Assembly: GCA_964448755.1 (NCBI GenBank)
Contig: CAYUXF010000001.1
Location: 1-60,866 of the forward strand
From: an uncultured bacterium
GTDB taxonomy: Bacteria; Margulisbacteria; Termititenacia; Termititenacales; CAYUXF01
DNA length: 60,866 nt
Direction of reading: 5' to 3'
A model generated the notes under the pieces. It was given only the letters and a program-made list of their open reading frames with translations. It was not told the origin of the DNA and did no database searches. Positions 16,965 through 26,496 of the stretch are shown here, piece after piece; within the stretch, counting starts at the first letter, position 1, and each line of letters opens with the position of its first letter. A program made the translations under genes and the position numbers.

Positions 16965-18929
16965 ATGATCGAACTAAAAAACATTAACAAAACCTATCAC
17001 AGCGGCAAGATCTCTTTTCAGGCCTTAAAAAACATTGATCTAAAAATAGAACAAGGTGAATTTATAGCCATTATGGGCGCTTCCGGCTCTGGAAAATCGA
17101 CATTGCTACATATTCTTGGTTTTTTAGATCCGCCAGACGAAGGGATCTATAATTTTTTTGGCAAAAATGTCGCCAAGTTAGAAGAACATAAAATAACCCG
17201 GATCAGAAATCAGGCAGCCGGCTTTGTCTTTCAACAATTTCATCTCTTGCCAGGGGTAAAAGCTCAAGAGAATGTCAGCTTACCGCAAATTTATGCCGGC
17301 AAAAAAAAATTCAAGAACACTGCTTTAGAAAAACTAACTGCCGTCGGTTTAAAAGAACGTGCCCATCATGTGCCAAACGAGCTCTCCGGTGGAGAAAGAC
17401 AGCGGGTTGCCATTGCCAGAGCACTGGTCAATGATCCGGTTATCCTTTTTGCCGATGAACCGACCGGCAACCTCGACACTAAAAGTGAAGCAGAGATCAT
17501 GGCTATTTTAAAAGAACTCAATCAGCAAGGAATGACGATCGTTATGGTCACACATGAACAGGAGATCGCCAGCCAGGCTGAAAGAATTATCACTATGCGT
17601 GACGGCAGGATCATTGCCGACCGCAGACAAAGAGAAAAAAATATTTCAAACAAATTAAAAGAGCCGGAAATTATTGAAAAAATAATCAATGACGGCAGAT
17701 CTAAAACCAGCGGCGCAGAATTCTTAGATCATATCAAACAAGCTTTACATGCCATGAGTGTCAACAAACTGAGAACTTTTTTATCTATGCTCGGAATTCT
17801 CATTGGTGTAGCCGCCGTTATTACCATGCTAGCCCTGGGGACAGGCGCAACTAAAGCAATTAAGGAAAATCTCTCTTCCCTTGGCTCTAATTCACTTATT
17901 ATCAGGCCAGGCTCAACTTCAAGCGGCGGCGTATCCCTTGGTGCCGCAGCGTCCGGCACCAGTAGATTTGTCTTGACCGATCTCGAAAAAATAAAAAAAA
18001 TACCTTCTGTTAAATACGCCAGCGCCGAGATGTCCAAAACAGCACAAGTGGTTTACGGCAACAGCAACTGGAGCACAACTATTACGGGTGCCAGCAAAGA
18101 TTATGTGGCCATGCAGAACGCCCAACCGGTCAGCGGCAGGTTTTTTAATGAACAAGAGGTCCAGCAACGCGAAAAAGTAGCGATCATTGGCAAAACTGTT
18201 AATGAAAAACTGTTCGGCAAAATATCGCCACTTGGTAAAATAATTAAGATCAATCGCATTAATTTTAAAGTTATCGGCGTCCTGCCAGAAAAAGGTTACG
18301 AAAGAGGGCGCGACGGCGATGACAAAATAATAATTCCCATTACTACAGCCATGTATCGTTTGATCGGCCGAAACTATATCGACACACTACAGGCAGAAAT
18401 AATTAATGAAAACCAGCTAGAAACAGCTAAAAAAGAAATAACCGCTGTTTTAAACAAAAGCCATGGCTGGAAACCGGAAGATGAAAAAGTAAATATTAGG
18501 GATATGACCGAGATACAAAAAACAATAACCGGCACAATTAAAACGATCTCGATGCTCTTGGGCAGCGTCGCTGCTATTGCTCTCCTGGTTGGCGGTATTG
18601 GTATCATGAATATCATGCTGGTTTCCGTTACAGAGAGAACCAGAGAGATCGGTTTACGCAAAGCTATTGGTGCCGGCAAAAAAGATATTTTAAGCCAGTT
18701 CTTAGTGGAGGCTATTGTTATGACAACCAGCGGTGGAATACTCGGAGTTTTATTGGGATTTTTAGTTTCCAGTCTGATCTCGCTTATTGGCGGTTGGACT
18801 ACTGAAGTTTCTAGTTTTTCTGTTGTGGTCTCTGCCGGCTTTTCTATTATTGTAGGTGTAATTTTTGGTCTCTGGCCTGCCAGACAAGCGGCAAATTTAA
18901 ATACCATTGACGCTTTGCGTTATGAATAA
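16965..18929 (+). CDS. macB: MacB-type ABC transporter, fused ATPase and FtsX-like permease
   Basis: 654 aa. Walker A GASGSGKST, signature LSGGERQR, Walker B ILFADEPT. The C-terminal half has 4 TM segments and a large periplasmic loop. Confidence 0.9.
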   Translation: MIELKNINKTYHSGKISFQALKNIDLKIEQGEFIAIMGASGSGKSTLLHILGFLDPPDEGIYNFFGKNVAKLEEHKITRIRNQAAGFVFQQFHLLPGVKAQENVSLPQIYAGKKKFKNTALEKLTAVGLKERAHHVPNELSGGERQRVAIARALVNDPVILFADEPTGNLDTKSEAEIMAILKELNQQGMTIVMVTHEQEIASQAERIITMRDGRIIADRRQREKNISNKLKEPEIIEKIINDGRSKTSGAEFLDHIKQALHAMSVNKLRTFLSMLGILIGVAAVITMLALGTGATKAIKENLSSLGSNSLIIRPGSTSSGGVSLGAAASGTSRFVLTDLEKIKKIPSVKYASAEMSKTAQVVYGNSNWSTTITGASKDYVAMQNAQPVSGRFFNEQEVQQREKVAIIGKTVNEKLFGKISPLGKIIKINRINFKVIGVLPEKGYERGRDGDDKIIIPITTAMYRLIGRNYIDTLQAEIINENQLETAKKEITAVLNKSHGWKPEDEKVNIRDMTEIQKTITGTIKTISMLLGSVAAIALLVGGIGIMNIMLVSVTERTREIGLRKAIGAGKKDILSQFLVEAIVMTTSGGILGVLLGFLVSSLISLIGGWTTEVSSFSVVVSAGFSIIVGVIFGLWPARQAANLNTIDALRYE

Positions 18930-18976
18930 CTCAATAAAGGATTTGTTGGTTGTTTTCTTTATTGATAAAATAAACT

Positions 18977-19834
18977 ATGTCACTTCAAAATAAAAATATC
19001 GGTTTAGTTCTTGAAGGCGGCGGCTTGAGAGGAACTTATACTGCCGGCGTTCTAGATGTTTTTCTCAAACATGAAATAGAATTTCCTTACGTTATAGGTG
19101 TTTCTGCCGGCGCCTGTATTGCCTTCTCTTATTTAGCAAAACAGATTGACCGCGACCGCCATATTATGACTACTTATATAAACGATCCACGTTACTTTAG
19201 TTTGCGTAATTTAATAAAAGAAGGAAATATTTTTTCCAGAAAATTCCTCTACGACGAAATACACCGCATCCATGTTCCTCTCGACATGGAAACATTTAAA
19301 AAATCAACGGCCACCTTTTTATATGTTGCCACAAATTGCCAGACCGGTAAGCCGGTTTACTTTGACGGCCATCACCCAGATTTTTTAACAACACTGGCCA
19401 GCTCCGCCAGCCTCCCTTTCGTCAGCAAAATGGTCGAATACAACGGACTGAAGCTGCTCGATGGGGGAATTACCGATTCTATCCCTATCCGGAAAGCAAT
19501 AAACGACGGCAATAATAAAAATATAATCATCTTAACCAGACCGCAAGGTTATAGAAAGACAAAACCACACGGCGCCTGGTTTATAAATAAATTCTATCGA
19601 AAATATCCGCTATTAGCCCAAGCTATTCTTGATCGGTATAAAGTTTATAATGAAACGCTCGATCTTATTGAGCAATTAGAAAAGCAACAAAAGATCATTG
19701 TCATCCGGCCTTCAGAAAATTTAAAAGTAGACCGCATAGAAAAAAATCCGGCAAAACTCAACGCCTTACACAGCTTAGGCCTAAAAGATACCGAAGAAGC
19801 TCTTGAAAAAATAAGGGCTTTTATTAAAAATTAA
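18977..19834 (+). CDS. patatin-like phospholipase
   Basis: 285 aa. GGGLRG oxyanion motif, GVSAG nucleophile motif and DGG. Confidence 0.85.
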   Translation: MSLQNKNIGLVLEGGGLRGTYTAGVLDVFLKHEIEFPYVIGVSAGACIAFSYLAKQIDRDRHIMTTYINDPRYFSLRNLIKEGNIFSRKFLYDEIHRIHVPLDMETFKKSTATFLYVATNCQTGKPVYFDGHHPDFLTTLASSASLPFVSKMVEYNGLKLLDGGITDSIPIRKAINDGNNKNIIILTRPQGYRKTKPHGAWFINKFYRKYPLLAQAILDRYKVYNETLDLIEQLEKQQKIIVIRPSENLKVDRIEKNPAKLNALHSLGLKDTEEALEKIRAFIKN

Positions 19835-19877
19835 ATCCTTTGCATAAAGCGCAGCGGATTTTCATAAACAAATTTTC

Positions 19878-20477
19878 TTACATAAAAAAATCTTTTAAAA
19901 CAAACAAGAGCCCTTTGCGCACAAGCATTACGCCAATAGCTGCCAATAAAAGACTAGCTAACTTAGAAATAACCAACCCACCTGTTTTTCCTATGATCTT
20001 TATAAAAAAATTCGAAAAATAAAAGACAACGCCCACAATTAAAATATTAATAAATAAACTCAACGCCGTTAAAAATAAACCGTGTTGCTCGATCAAGATC
20101 AAAGAAGTCGTCAGCACCGCCGGCCCGATAATTAAAGGCGAGGCGATCGGCACCGCACCTAAACTCTCTATATCTATTAATCGCTGTTTTTTTGTGTTAG
20201 CCATAATATTGTTGATCGATATAATAAAAAGCAACACGCCGCCGGCGATCATAAAATCGCCAACAGTAATATTCAGCAAATTCAAGATCAACCTGCCAAT
20301 AGCCAGAAAAACTGTCGCAACAATAATTGCCGTATACATAGATTGGAAGACAATTCTTTGTCTTTTCTTATTAGACAATCCTTCTGTTAAACTGATAAAA
20401 AGAGGCAAAATACCAAAAGAATCTACCGCTATAAAAATAGGAAAAAAAACCAATATAAATGTCGCTAAATTTTCCAT
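19878..20477 (-). CDS. MarC-family (UPF0056) integral membrane protein
   Basis: 199 aa with about 6 TM segments. N-terminal FPIFIAVDSFGILPLFISL is typical of MarC. Confidence 0.8.
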   Translation of the reverse strand: MENLATFILVFFPIFIAVDSFGILPLFISLTEGLSNKKRQRIVFQSMYTAIIVATVFLAIGRLILNLLNITVGDFMIAGGVLLFIISINNIMANTKKQRLIDIESLGAVPIASPLIIGPAVLTTSLILIEQHGLFLTALSLFINILIVGVVFYFSNFFIKIIGKTGGLVISKLASLLLAAIGVMLVRKGLLFVLKDFFM

Positions 20478-20526
20478 CTTTGCTCAATAAATTATAGCAA
20501 ATTGGCTGTTTTTTTACTTAAAAATA

Positions 20527-21303
20527 TTAAGCCAGCAAGTCCTTTAAACTAACATCCGGATGATGATATCTTTTGCGGCCAATAGTTGACTTGCCATACT
20601 CAATAGCCTCTTGTGGACACCATTGCAAACAAGCCAAGCACTGTTCGCAATTATCGCCCCACTGCGGCTTATTATCTTTTAATTTAATATTATTTGATGG
20701 ACAAATTCTGACACAAATTTCACAACCATCACATTTTTCACTAACCCAAAAATCCTTAGCCAATTTTTTTATTTGTGGTGCAGATTTTTTATATAACAGT
20801 GTTGTAAATAACCAGTTAATAAAAAAATTGTTTTTGGGAATTTTAGTTGTAGCTCTATTTTTGATAATATGCCCTATCTCTTTTATTTTGTCTTTTTCAT
20901 TCTTGAACATTTGTGCTTGTTTGTTCTGCGGTTTAGCACCATAAAGCGGCGTATAATTGCCCGGCATCATTAAACCAAAGCCAGAGTTTAGTTTAATTCC
21001 TTTGGCCGCAAAAAGATCTCTAACCAAAAGGAGCGTGCCGGCAGGAAATCCACCATAATTAGCAACCGCAAAATGATATTGGGCCTTGGAACGCAGTTTT
21101 TTAATAAACTCTACTACGATCAGTGGCGGACCCCAGATATAAACCGGAAAAACCAGGCCAATATTATCGCAATCATAGACAATATCCTCATTAATGACCT
21201 TTGCAATATTAAGTAACTCCGTATCGCCAAGCGCTGCGGCCAGATCACGAGCAATAACTAGAGAATTACCGGTTCCAGAGAAATAAAAGATCTTTGTTTT
21301 CAT
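20527..21303 (-). CDS. flavodoxin-like / 2x[4Fe-4S] ferredoxin fusion protein
   Basis: The ATG at 21303 is preceded by AGAGGTG. KIFYFSGTGNS flavodoxin motif. C-terminal CDGCEICVRICP and CEQCLACLQWCP clusters. Confidence 0.75.
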   Translation of the reverse strand: MKTKIFYFSGTGNSLVIARDLAAALGDTELLNIAKVINEDIVYDCDNIGLVFPVYIWGPPLIVVEFIKKLRSKAQYHFAVANYGGFPAGTLLLVRDLFAAKGIKLNSGFGLMMPGNYTPLYGAKPQNKQAQMFKNEKDKIKEIGHIIKNRATTKIPKNNFFINWLFTTLLYKKSAPQIKKLAKDFWVSEKCDGCEICVRICPSNNIKLKDNKPQWGDNCEQCLACLQWCPQEAIEYGKSTIGRKRYHHPDVSLKDLLA

Positions 21304-21412
21304 AAAAATACACCTCTTTGAAATTCTACCATAGCACACTAAAAAACATAAAATTTTACAATAATTTTTTATCTCTATATTTTTATTTCTTTTTCATTTT
21401 TCTTTACTTTTA

Positions 21413-22675
21413 ATGATTGCCCTATATAATGGCTCTATGAATTCAGAAAAAGAAACCAGCTTTCGTAATCTTGGAATTAACAAACAACTCGTTGATCACC
21501 TTGAAAAAATACAATTCAAAACACCAACACCTATCCAGCACAAGGCTATTCCGGTTGCCTTAACAGGCCAAGATTTTGTTGGCATTGCCCAAACCGGCAC
21601 AGGAAAAACACTGGCCTTTGGCATTCCAATGGTGCAAAAAGTAATAGAAAATAATGCGTATGGACTGGTGTTAGTGCCAACGCGCGAACTGGCCCAACAA
21701 GTAGAAGAAACTCTCGCTAAAATAAGTCGCCCTTTTAAAATAAAAACCGCTCTTATTATTGGCGGTGCATCTATTAATAATCAAATTAAAGATCTCAAAC
21801 AAAATCCGCAAATAATTATAGCAACACCAGGACGACTGAACGATCACATTAAAAGACATTCTGTTTTTCTCTCAGACATTCGCACTGTAGTGCTCGATGA
21901 GGCTGACCGAATGCTTGATATGGGATTCGAACCCCAGATAAGAACAATTCTCAAAATGACCGATCAAGAACGGCAAACCTTATTATTTTCTGCAACGATG
22001 CCGCCAAAAATAGTTAAAATGTCCACTCAATATATGCAAATGCCTATCAGTATTGAGGTAGCAAAACAAGGGTCTACCGCCAAAAATATAACACAAGAAG
22101 TTTTTATTATTAAAAAGGAAAACAAAACGCCTTTATTGGTAAAATTAGTAGAACAATATCAAGGAACTATCCTTGTTTTTACACGCACTAAATTTGGCGC
22201 CCGCAAATTAACCCAGCAGCTCAATAACATTGGCTATAAAACAGCAGAAATTCATTCCAACAGATCATTAGCGCAAAGACGAACGGCTATTGAAGGCTTT
22301 AAATCTGGGCGTTTTCGTATTTTAGTTGCTACTGACATTGCCGCCAGAGGAATAGATGTTAGTAATATTGAAGTTGTTATTAATTATGATCTACCTGAAG
22401 ATATTGAGAACTATGTTCACCGCATTGGCCGAACAGCTCGCGCCGGCAAAGAAGGAAGAGCCGTTTCTTTTGCCACGCCAGATCAGCGCGGCACTATTAA
22501 ACAAATAGAAAAACTAATTAGAATGGAAATTGAAATCGCCCAGCATCCAGAAATAATCAGTGCGACATTTTCTGCCACAGAACCGCATCGCACAGAGAAC
22601 AGACCCAGAAGCTACGGTCGGCCGGCCAGAAAAAACTACAGCAAAAACAACCAGAAAAAAAACTGGCACCGCTAA
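21413..22675 (+). CDS. DEAD-box ATP-dependent RNA helicase
   Basis: 420 aa. Q-motif, AQTGTGKT, DEAD, SAT and HRIGRTARAG motifs. Start could be the internal Met at 21437. Confidence 0.9.
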   Translation: MIALYNGSMNSEKETSFRNLGINKQLVDHLEKIQFKTPTPIQHKAIPVALTGQDFVGIAQTGTGKTLAFGIPMVQKVIENNAYGLVLVPTRELAQQVEETLAKISRPFKIKTALIIGGASINNQIKDLKQNPQIIIATPGRLNDHIKRHSVFLSDIRTVVLDEADRMLDMGFEPQIRTILKMTDQERQTLLFSATMPPKIVKMSTQYMQMPISIEVAKQGSTAKNITQEVFIIKKENKTPLLVKLVEQYQGTILVFTRTKFGARKLTQQLNNIGYKTAEIHSNRSLAQRRTAIEGFKSGRFRILVATDIAARGIDVSNIEVVINYDLPEDIENYVHRIGRTARAGKEGRAVSFATPDQRGTIKQIEKLIRMEIEIAQHPEIISATFSATEPHRTENRPRSYGRPARKNYSKNNQKKNWHR

Positions 22676-22744
22676 TCTTTTAACCAAGCAATATTCCAGC
22701 GGTATATTACTTTTTATTAATTCTTCTTTTTTTTGAAATAAAGA

Positions 22745-22833
22745 TGGTGCACGAGAGAGGACTCGAACCTCCAAGGGATATTACTCCCACAAGATCCTTA
22801 GTCTTGCGCGTATACCAATTCCGCCACCCGTGC
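22745..22833 (-). tRNA. tRNA-Leu, anticodon AAG (class II, long variable arm, encoded CCA)
   Basis: Reverse complement: acceptor GCACGGG/CTCGTGC. D-region TGGCGGAATTGGTATACGCG nearly identical to E. coli tRNA-Leu. Anticodon stem CAAGA/TCTTG with loop CTAAGGA. T-arm GGAGG-TTCGAGT-CCTCT. Ends in ACCA. Confidence 0.85.
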
Positions 22834-22908
22834 ACAATTTTAAGAGACGATCACTTTTTTAAATTAAAGTGACCCGCATTTATACCACATTAACTAAAAA
22901 TATATCAA

Positions 22909-24009
22909 CTACGAATTAGATTTTTGCTGCAATAAATAAACACCATAACAGCCTATCAATATATTAGGTAGCCAGGCCGCAGCCAACGGCGGCAATACTC
23001 GCATCATGCCGAACCACATACCGGCAGACAAAAGAACATAATATAAAAAAATAACAATAATACTCAAACCCAACCCTACCGAAGAACTGGAGCGCTGTGG
23101 CTTAATACCCATCGGGGCACCTAGAAGAACAAAAATTAAGCAAGAAAAAGGGATCGCCAGTTTTTGATGCCATTTAATACGCAATTCCGTTACATCTGAA
23201 CCATAGCTGACCTGTTGATCAATGTAGTCGCCCAACTCTGTCAGCGATAATTGATCAGGATCACGATGGCGCCCAGAAACATCACGCGGATTAACATCTA
23301 CCGCAATGACCTCTTTTTCAAAATCAATAACATAAGCCTTCTGACGGCTTAAACCAAATTGATGCATTGTTCCATTGCGAAATTCCCAACCACTACCGGC
23401 CAGCCACTCCGCTTCATCGGCAAAAACTATGCGCGAAAGTTTTCCCTTATCATACTCCGAAACACTGACATCTTTCATAACACTGCCGATCATTTCGTGT
23501 GCATAAATTAACCGTTTTAAATAACCGTTCTCATATTTTGGTATATTAACATTCTGCTTAACCTGCGGCTCAGACTTAGACATATCTTTAATTTGAATAA
23601 TTGTATTCTCTTCAATAAAAGAAGCTTTAGGCACTACTGTCTCATTAATAAAAATAGAAAAAAGACTGATCACAAAACCAAAGATCAGCGGCGCAATAGT
23701 TAATTTTAAAATAGAAAGCCCGCCGGCCCGAAAAGCGGTTATTTCGCTGTCGCCGGAAAGACGGTTAAAAGAGAGCAAGGCCGCTAAAAGAGCAGACATG
23801 GCAAACGTTAAAGAAATTATTGCCGGCATTCTCAAAAGAAAAAGAGCAATAACCTTACTAAAAGCCAGATTATATTTACTGGCCTCTTTAATTAGCCCGG
23901 GAATAATATTGCCACCGGCAAAAATTGTTGTAAACGCTATAACACCAAAAAGAAACGGACCAATAATTTCACGCGCCATATATAGATGATATCGTTTTAT
24001 TTTAAACAT
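22909..24009 (-). CDS. LptF/LptG-family LPS export permease
   Basis: 366 aa with 6 TM segments and a central periplasmic beta-jellyroll region. Directly downstream of lptB. Confidence 0.85.
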   Translation of the reverse strand: MFKIKRYHLYMAREIIGPFLFGVIAFTTIFAGGNIIPGLIKEASKYNLAFSKVIALFLLRMPAIISLTFAMSALLAALLSFNRLSGDSEITAFRAGGLSILKLTIAPLIFGFVISLFSIFINETVVPKASFIEENTIIQIKDMSKSEPQVKQNVNIPKYENGYLKRLIYAHEMIGSVMKDVSVSEYDKGKLSRIVFADEAEWLAGSGWEFRNGTMHQFGLSRQKAYVIDFEKEVIAVDVNPRDVSGRHRDPDQLSLTELGDYIDQQVSYGSDVTELRIKWHQKLAIPFSCLIFVLLGAPMGIKPQRSSSSVGLGLSIIVIFLYYVLLSAGMWFGMMRVLPPLAAAWLPNILIGCYGVYLLQQKSNS

Positions 24010-24033
24010 TTAGCAAATAGTCCCCTGTGTTTC

Positions 24034-24756
24034 TTAAAGATTAAAATTCTCACCAAGATAAAATTTCTTGGCCTGCGGGTCTTTGGCAATATCTTTAGCA
24101 TTGCCCTCAATTAAAATTTTGCCTTGATGTAAAATATAAGCGCGATCCGTAATACCAAGGGTTTCCCGAACATTATGGTCGGTTATTAAAATACCTAGCC
24201 CTTTTTTCTTAGAAAGATGCTTAATGATCTCTTGAATATCATTAACGGCGATCGGATCAATACCGGCAAAGGGCTCATCTAATAAAATAAAATCCGGATC
24301 ACAGGCTAAGGCCCTGGCGATCTCCACACGGCGCCGTTCACCGCCAGAGAGCTCAAAGCCACGCTGCTTTCTAATGTGCTGGATACGCATTTCATCAAAA
24401 ATATCATCCATGCGTTTGGCATATTCTTCACGGGGAATCTCCGGCATATTTTCCCATAAAATCAGCAAGTTCTCTTCTACCGTCAATTTTCTAAAAATAG
24501 AAGGTTCTTGCGGCAAATAGCCGATCCCTTTCCTAGCACGCAAATGCATCGGCAAATGGGTAATATCCTCTTTATTAAGTAAGATCTGTCCTTTTTCTGC
24601 TTTGATAATGCCGACGATCATATAAAAAGAAGTTGTCTTGCCGGCGCCATTAGGACCTAAAAGACCGACAACCTCTCCTTTTTCCACATGAATATTGACT
24701 TCACTAACAACTCTTTTTTTATGATAAGATTTTACCAGGCCAAGTGCTTCTATCAT
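24034..24756 (-). CDS. lptB: LPS export ABC transporter ATP-binding protein
   Basis: 240 aa. GPNGAGKTT, LSGGERRRVEIARAL and ILLDEPFAGIDP motifs, with the LptB-type C-terminus. Confidence 0.9.
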   Translation of the reverse strand: MIEALGLVKSYHKKRVVSEVNIHVEKGEVVGLLGPNGAGKTTSFYMIVGIIKAEKGQILLNKEDITHLPMHLRARKGIGYLPQEPSIFRKLTVEENLLILWENMPEIPREEYAKRMDDIFDEMRIQHIRKQRGFELSGGERRRVEIARALACDPDFILLDEPFAGIDPIAVNDIQEIIKHLSKKKGLGILITDHNVRETLGITDRAYILHQGKILIEGNAKDIAKDPQAKKFYLGENFNL

Positions 24757-24818
24757 TTATTTTCCTTTAAACAGTGTTTTTATAAGTATAATTATTATTT
24801 TAACATAATAAAATATTA

Positions 24819-26420
24819 TTATAAAACTTTAATAACTACCAATTCTTTATTTTGAAAAATCTGCTCACTCTTGACCAATATTTCTGGTAGCTTATTTTTA
24901 TTTAAAATAACCAGGTCTCCTTTTTTCAGCAACGCCTTTTCGTCAGGTGTAGAAATATAATTAACTGAACGGCCTAAATAAAGATCAAACGACCGAATTT
25001 TTATCTGCCAGGCGTAAATATCGTCATTAACACTGTTAGCTTTTAAATAACCAGCAATACTGATTTCCGGAAAGATCTGCTTAATGTAAAAACTTCCCTG
25101 GGCCAAAAAAAACACATAAGAAGTCAAAGTGATAATTACTATTGTCTTTACACCAGCCTGAAGCGCTCCTCTTTTAAAAAATGCATAACCAGCTAAATGG
25201 GCCAGAGCATATAAAATTAAAAATGTCAGAACGAACGGCTTATAGACGTTCTCGCCGTGCTGAAAATCGGTCAAAAACAAAGCTATCACCGCCAAAAAAA
25301 TAAAAACAAAAAATACTAAATATGTGCGGGCGGTCAATTTCTGAAAAATAAATTTATTATTTTTTATCATATTGTCAAAATATAACGCCAACAACACCGT
25401 CAGAGAAGGGAACAAGGGCAATAAATAACGGGGCCCTTTATAATGACCGGAAACCGTTGTCAAAACTAGAAAAAAAACAAACCAACACATAAAAAAAGAA
25501 AGTGTTTTTTTATCGGCAAAATGATTTTTTTTAAAAAAAGCTAATAATAGCGGCAGAATAAACGGCGACCAGGGCAAAAAAGATAGAAAAAGATATAAAA
25601 TATTAACATGCGGATCACGCTGGACATCAGAAGAAACCTGACGATACCCGCCAGTCTCATCTATCGGCTTAAAAAAACGAACTATATTTTCGCGGTAAAG
25701 CTGTTCCAAAAACTCGCGGCCGTTGACAATGATCTGCGGCAAAAGCCAGACAAGTGCGACCGCTAAAAAAATAACGCCGGAGATCATTACGTTTTTAATA
25801 AAACCAGGATATTCTTTTAAAGGGTTGATCTTATTGACCAGTAAATAAAGAAAAAAAGTTATTGCCGGCAAGACCGCACCCAAAAGACCTTTAGTTAAAA
25901 ATCCCAGACCGCACAACAACGCCGTTAAAAATAAAGCGCCGGCATTTTTAGTCTTAAGATATTTAAATAAAGTAAAATGTGCGGCAGTTATAAAAAAAAG
26001 TACCGGAATATCGAGCATTGGCGAACAGCTTTGATAAAAGAACATTGCCGAAGTCAATAAGATCAAACTGCCCAAACGTGCAACATTGCGGCCAAAAAAT
26101 TCTTTTAAAAACATAAACATGATCAATAGTGTAGCGGCAGCAAAAAGAGAATGTGGCAAATAGGTAGTAAACAAATTTACACCAAACAATTTATAGAAAA
26201 AGGCCATTACCCAAATGCCCAGCAGCGGCTTGGCCATTACATTAGCAGTATTTAACCAATCACCAGTCAGCGCCATTTTTTTAGCTTTAGCAACATAAAA
26301 AAAAGTATCGCCGTCAAAAATAGGAACAAAAGACAACAGTAAAAAGAATAGTATAAATATAGACGCAACTATAAATATTTCTATATTATTAACTTGGAAA
26401 AAATTTTTGATCTTCTGCAT
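24819..26420 (-). CDS. GT39/ArnT-like glycosyltransferase (polytopic membrane protein)
   Basis: 533 aa with more than 10 TM segments and an early DGD loop motif. C-terminal soluble domain. Confidence 0.8.
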   Translation of the reverse strand: MQKIKNFFQVNNIEIFIVASIFILFFLLLSFVPIFDGDTFFYVAKAKKMALTGDWLNTANVMAKPLLGIWVMAFFYKLFGVNLFTTYLPHSLFAAATLLIMFMFLKEFFGRNVARLGSLILLTSAMFFYQSCSPMLDIPVLFFITAAHFTLFKYLKTKNAGALFLTALLCGLGFLTKGLLGAVLPAITFFLYLLVNKINPLKEYPGFIKNVMISGVIFLAVALVWLLPQIIVNGREFLEQLYRENIVRFFKPIDETGGYRQVSSDVQRDPHVNILYLFLSFLPWSPFILPLLLAFFKKNHFADKKTLSFFMCWFVFFLVLTTVSGHYKGPRYLLPLFPSLTVLLALYFDNMIKNNKFIFQKLTARTYLVFFVFIFLAVIALFLTDFQHGENVYKPFVLTFLILYALAHLAGYAFFKRGALQAGVKTIVIITLTSYVFFLAQGSFYIKQIFPEISIAGYLKANSVNDDIYAWQIKIRSFDLYLGRSVNYISTPDEKALLKKGDLVILNKNKLPEILVKSEQIFQNKELVVIKVL

Positions 26421-26496
26421 GTAATCACTCCGTCATTTTTTTAACTGGAATACCAAACCATTTAATTTTACTACATTTAAACTAATAATATAGTAG

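Noticed and set aside
19840-20022. 60-aa ORF after the patatin gene
   Set aside because: It overlaps the 3' end of the MarC-family gene on the opposite strand and has no start context.
22834-22908. Hairpin TCACTTT-N8-AAAGTGA between the lptFG 3' end and tRNA-Leu, considered as a terminator
   Set aside because: No T-run follows it on the coding strand and the stem is AT-rich and weak. There is not enough evidence to call it.
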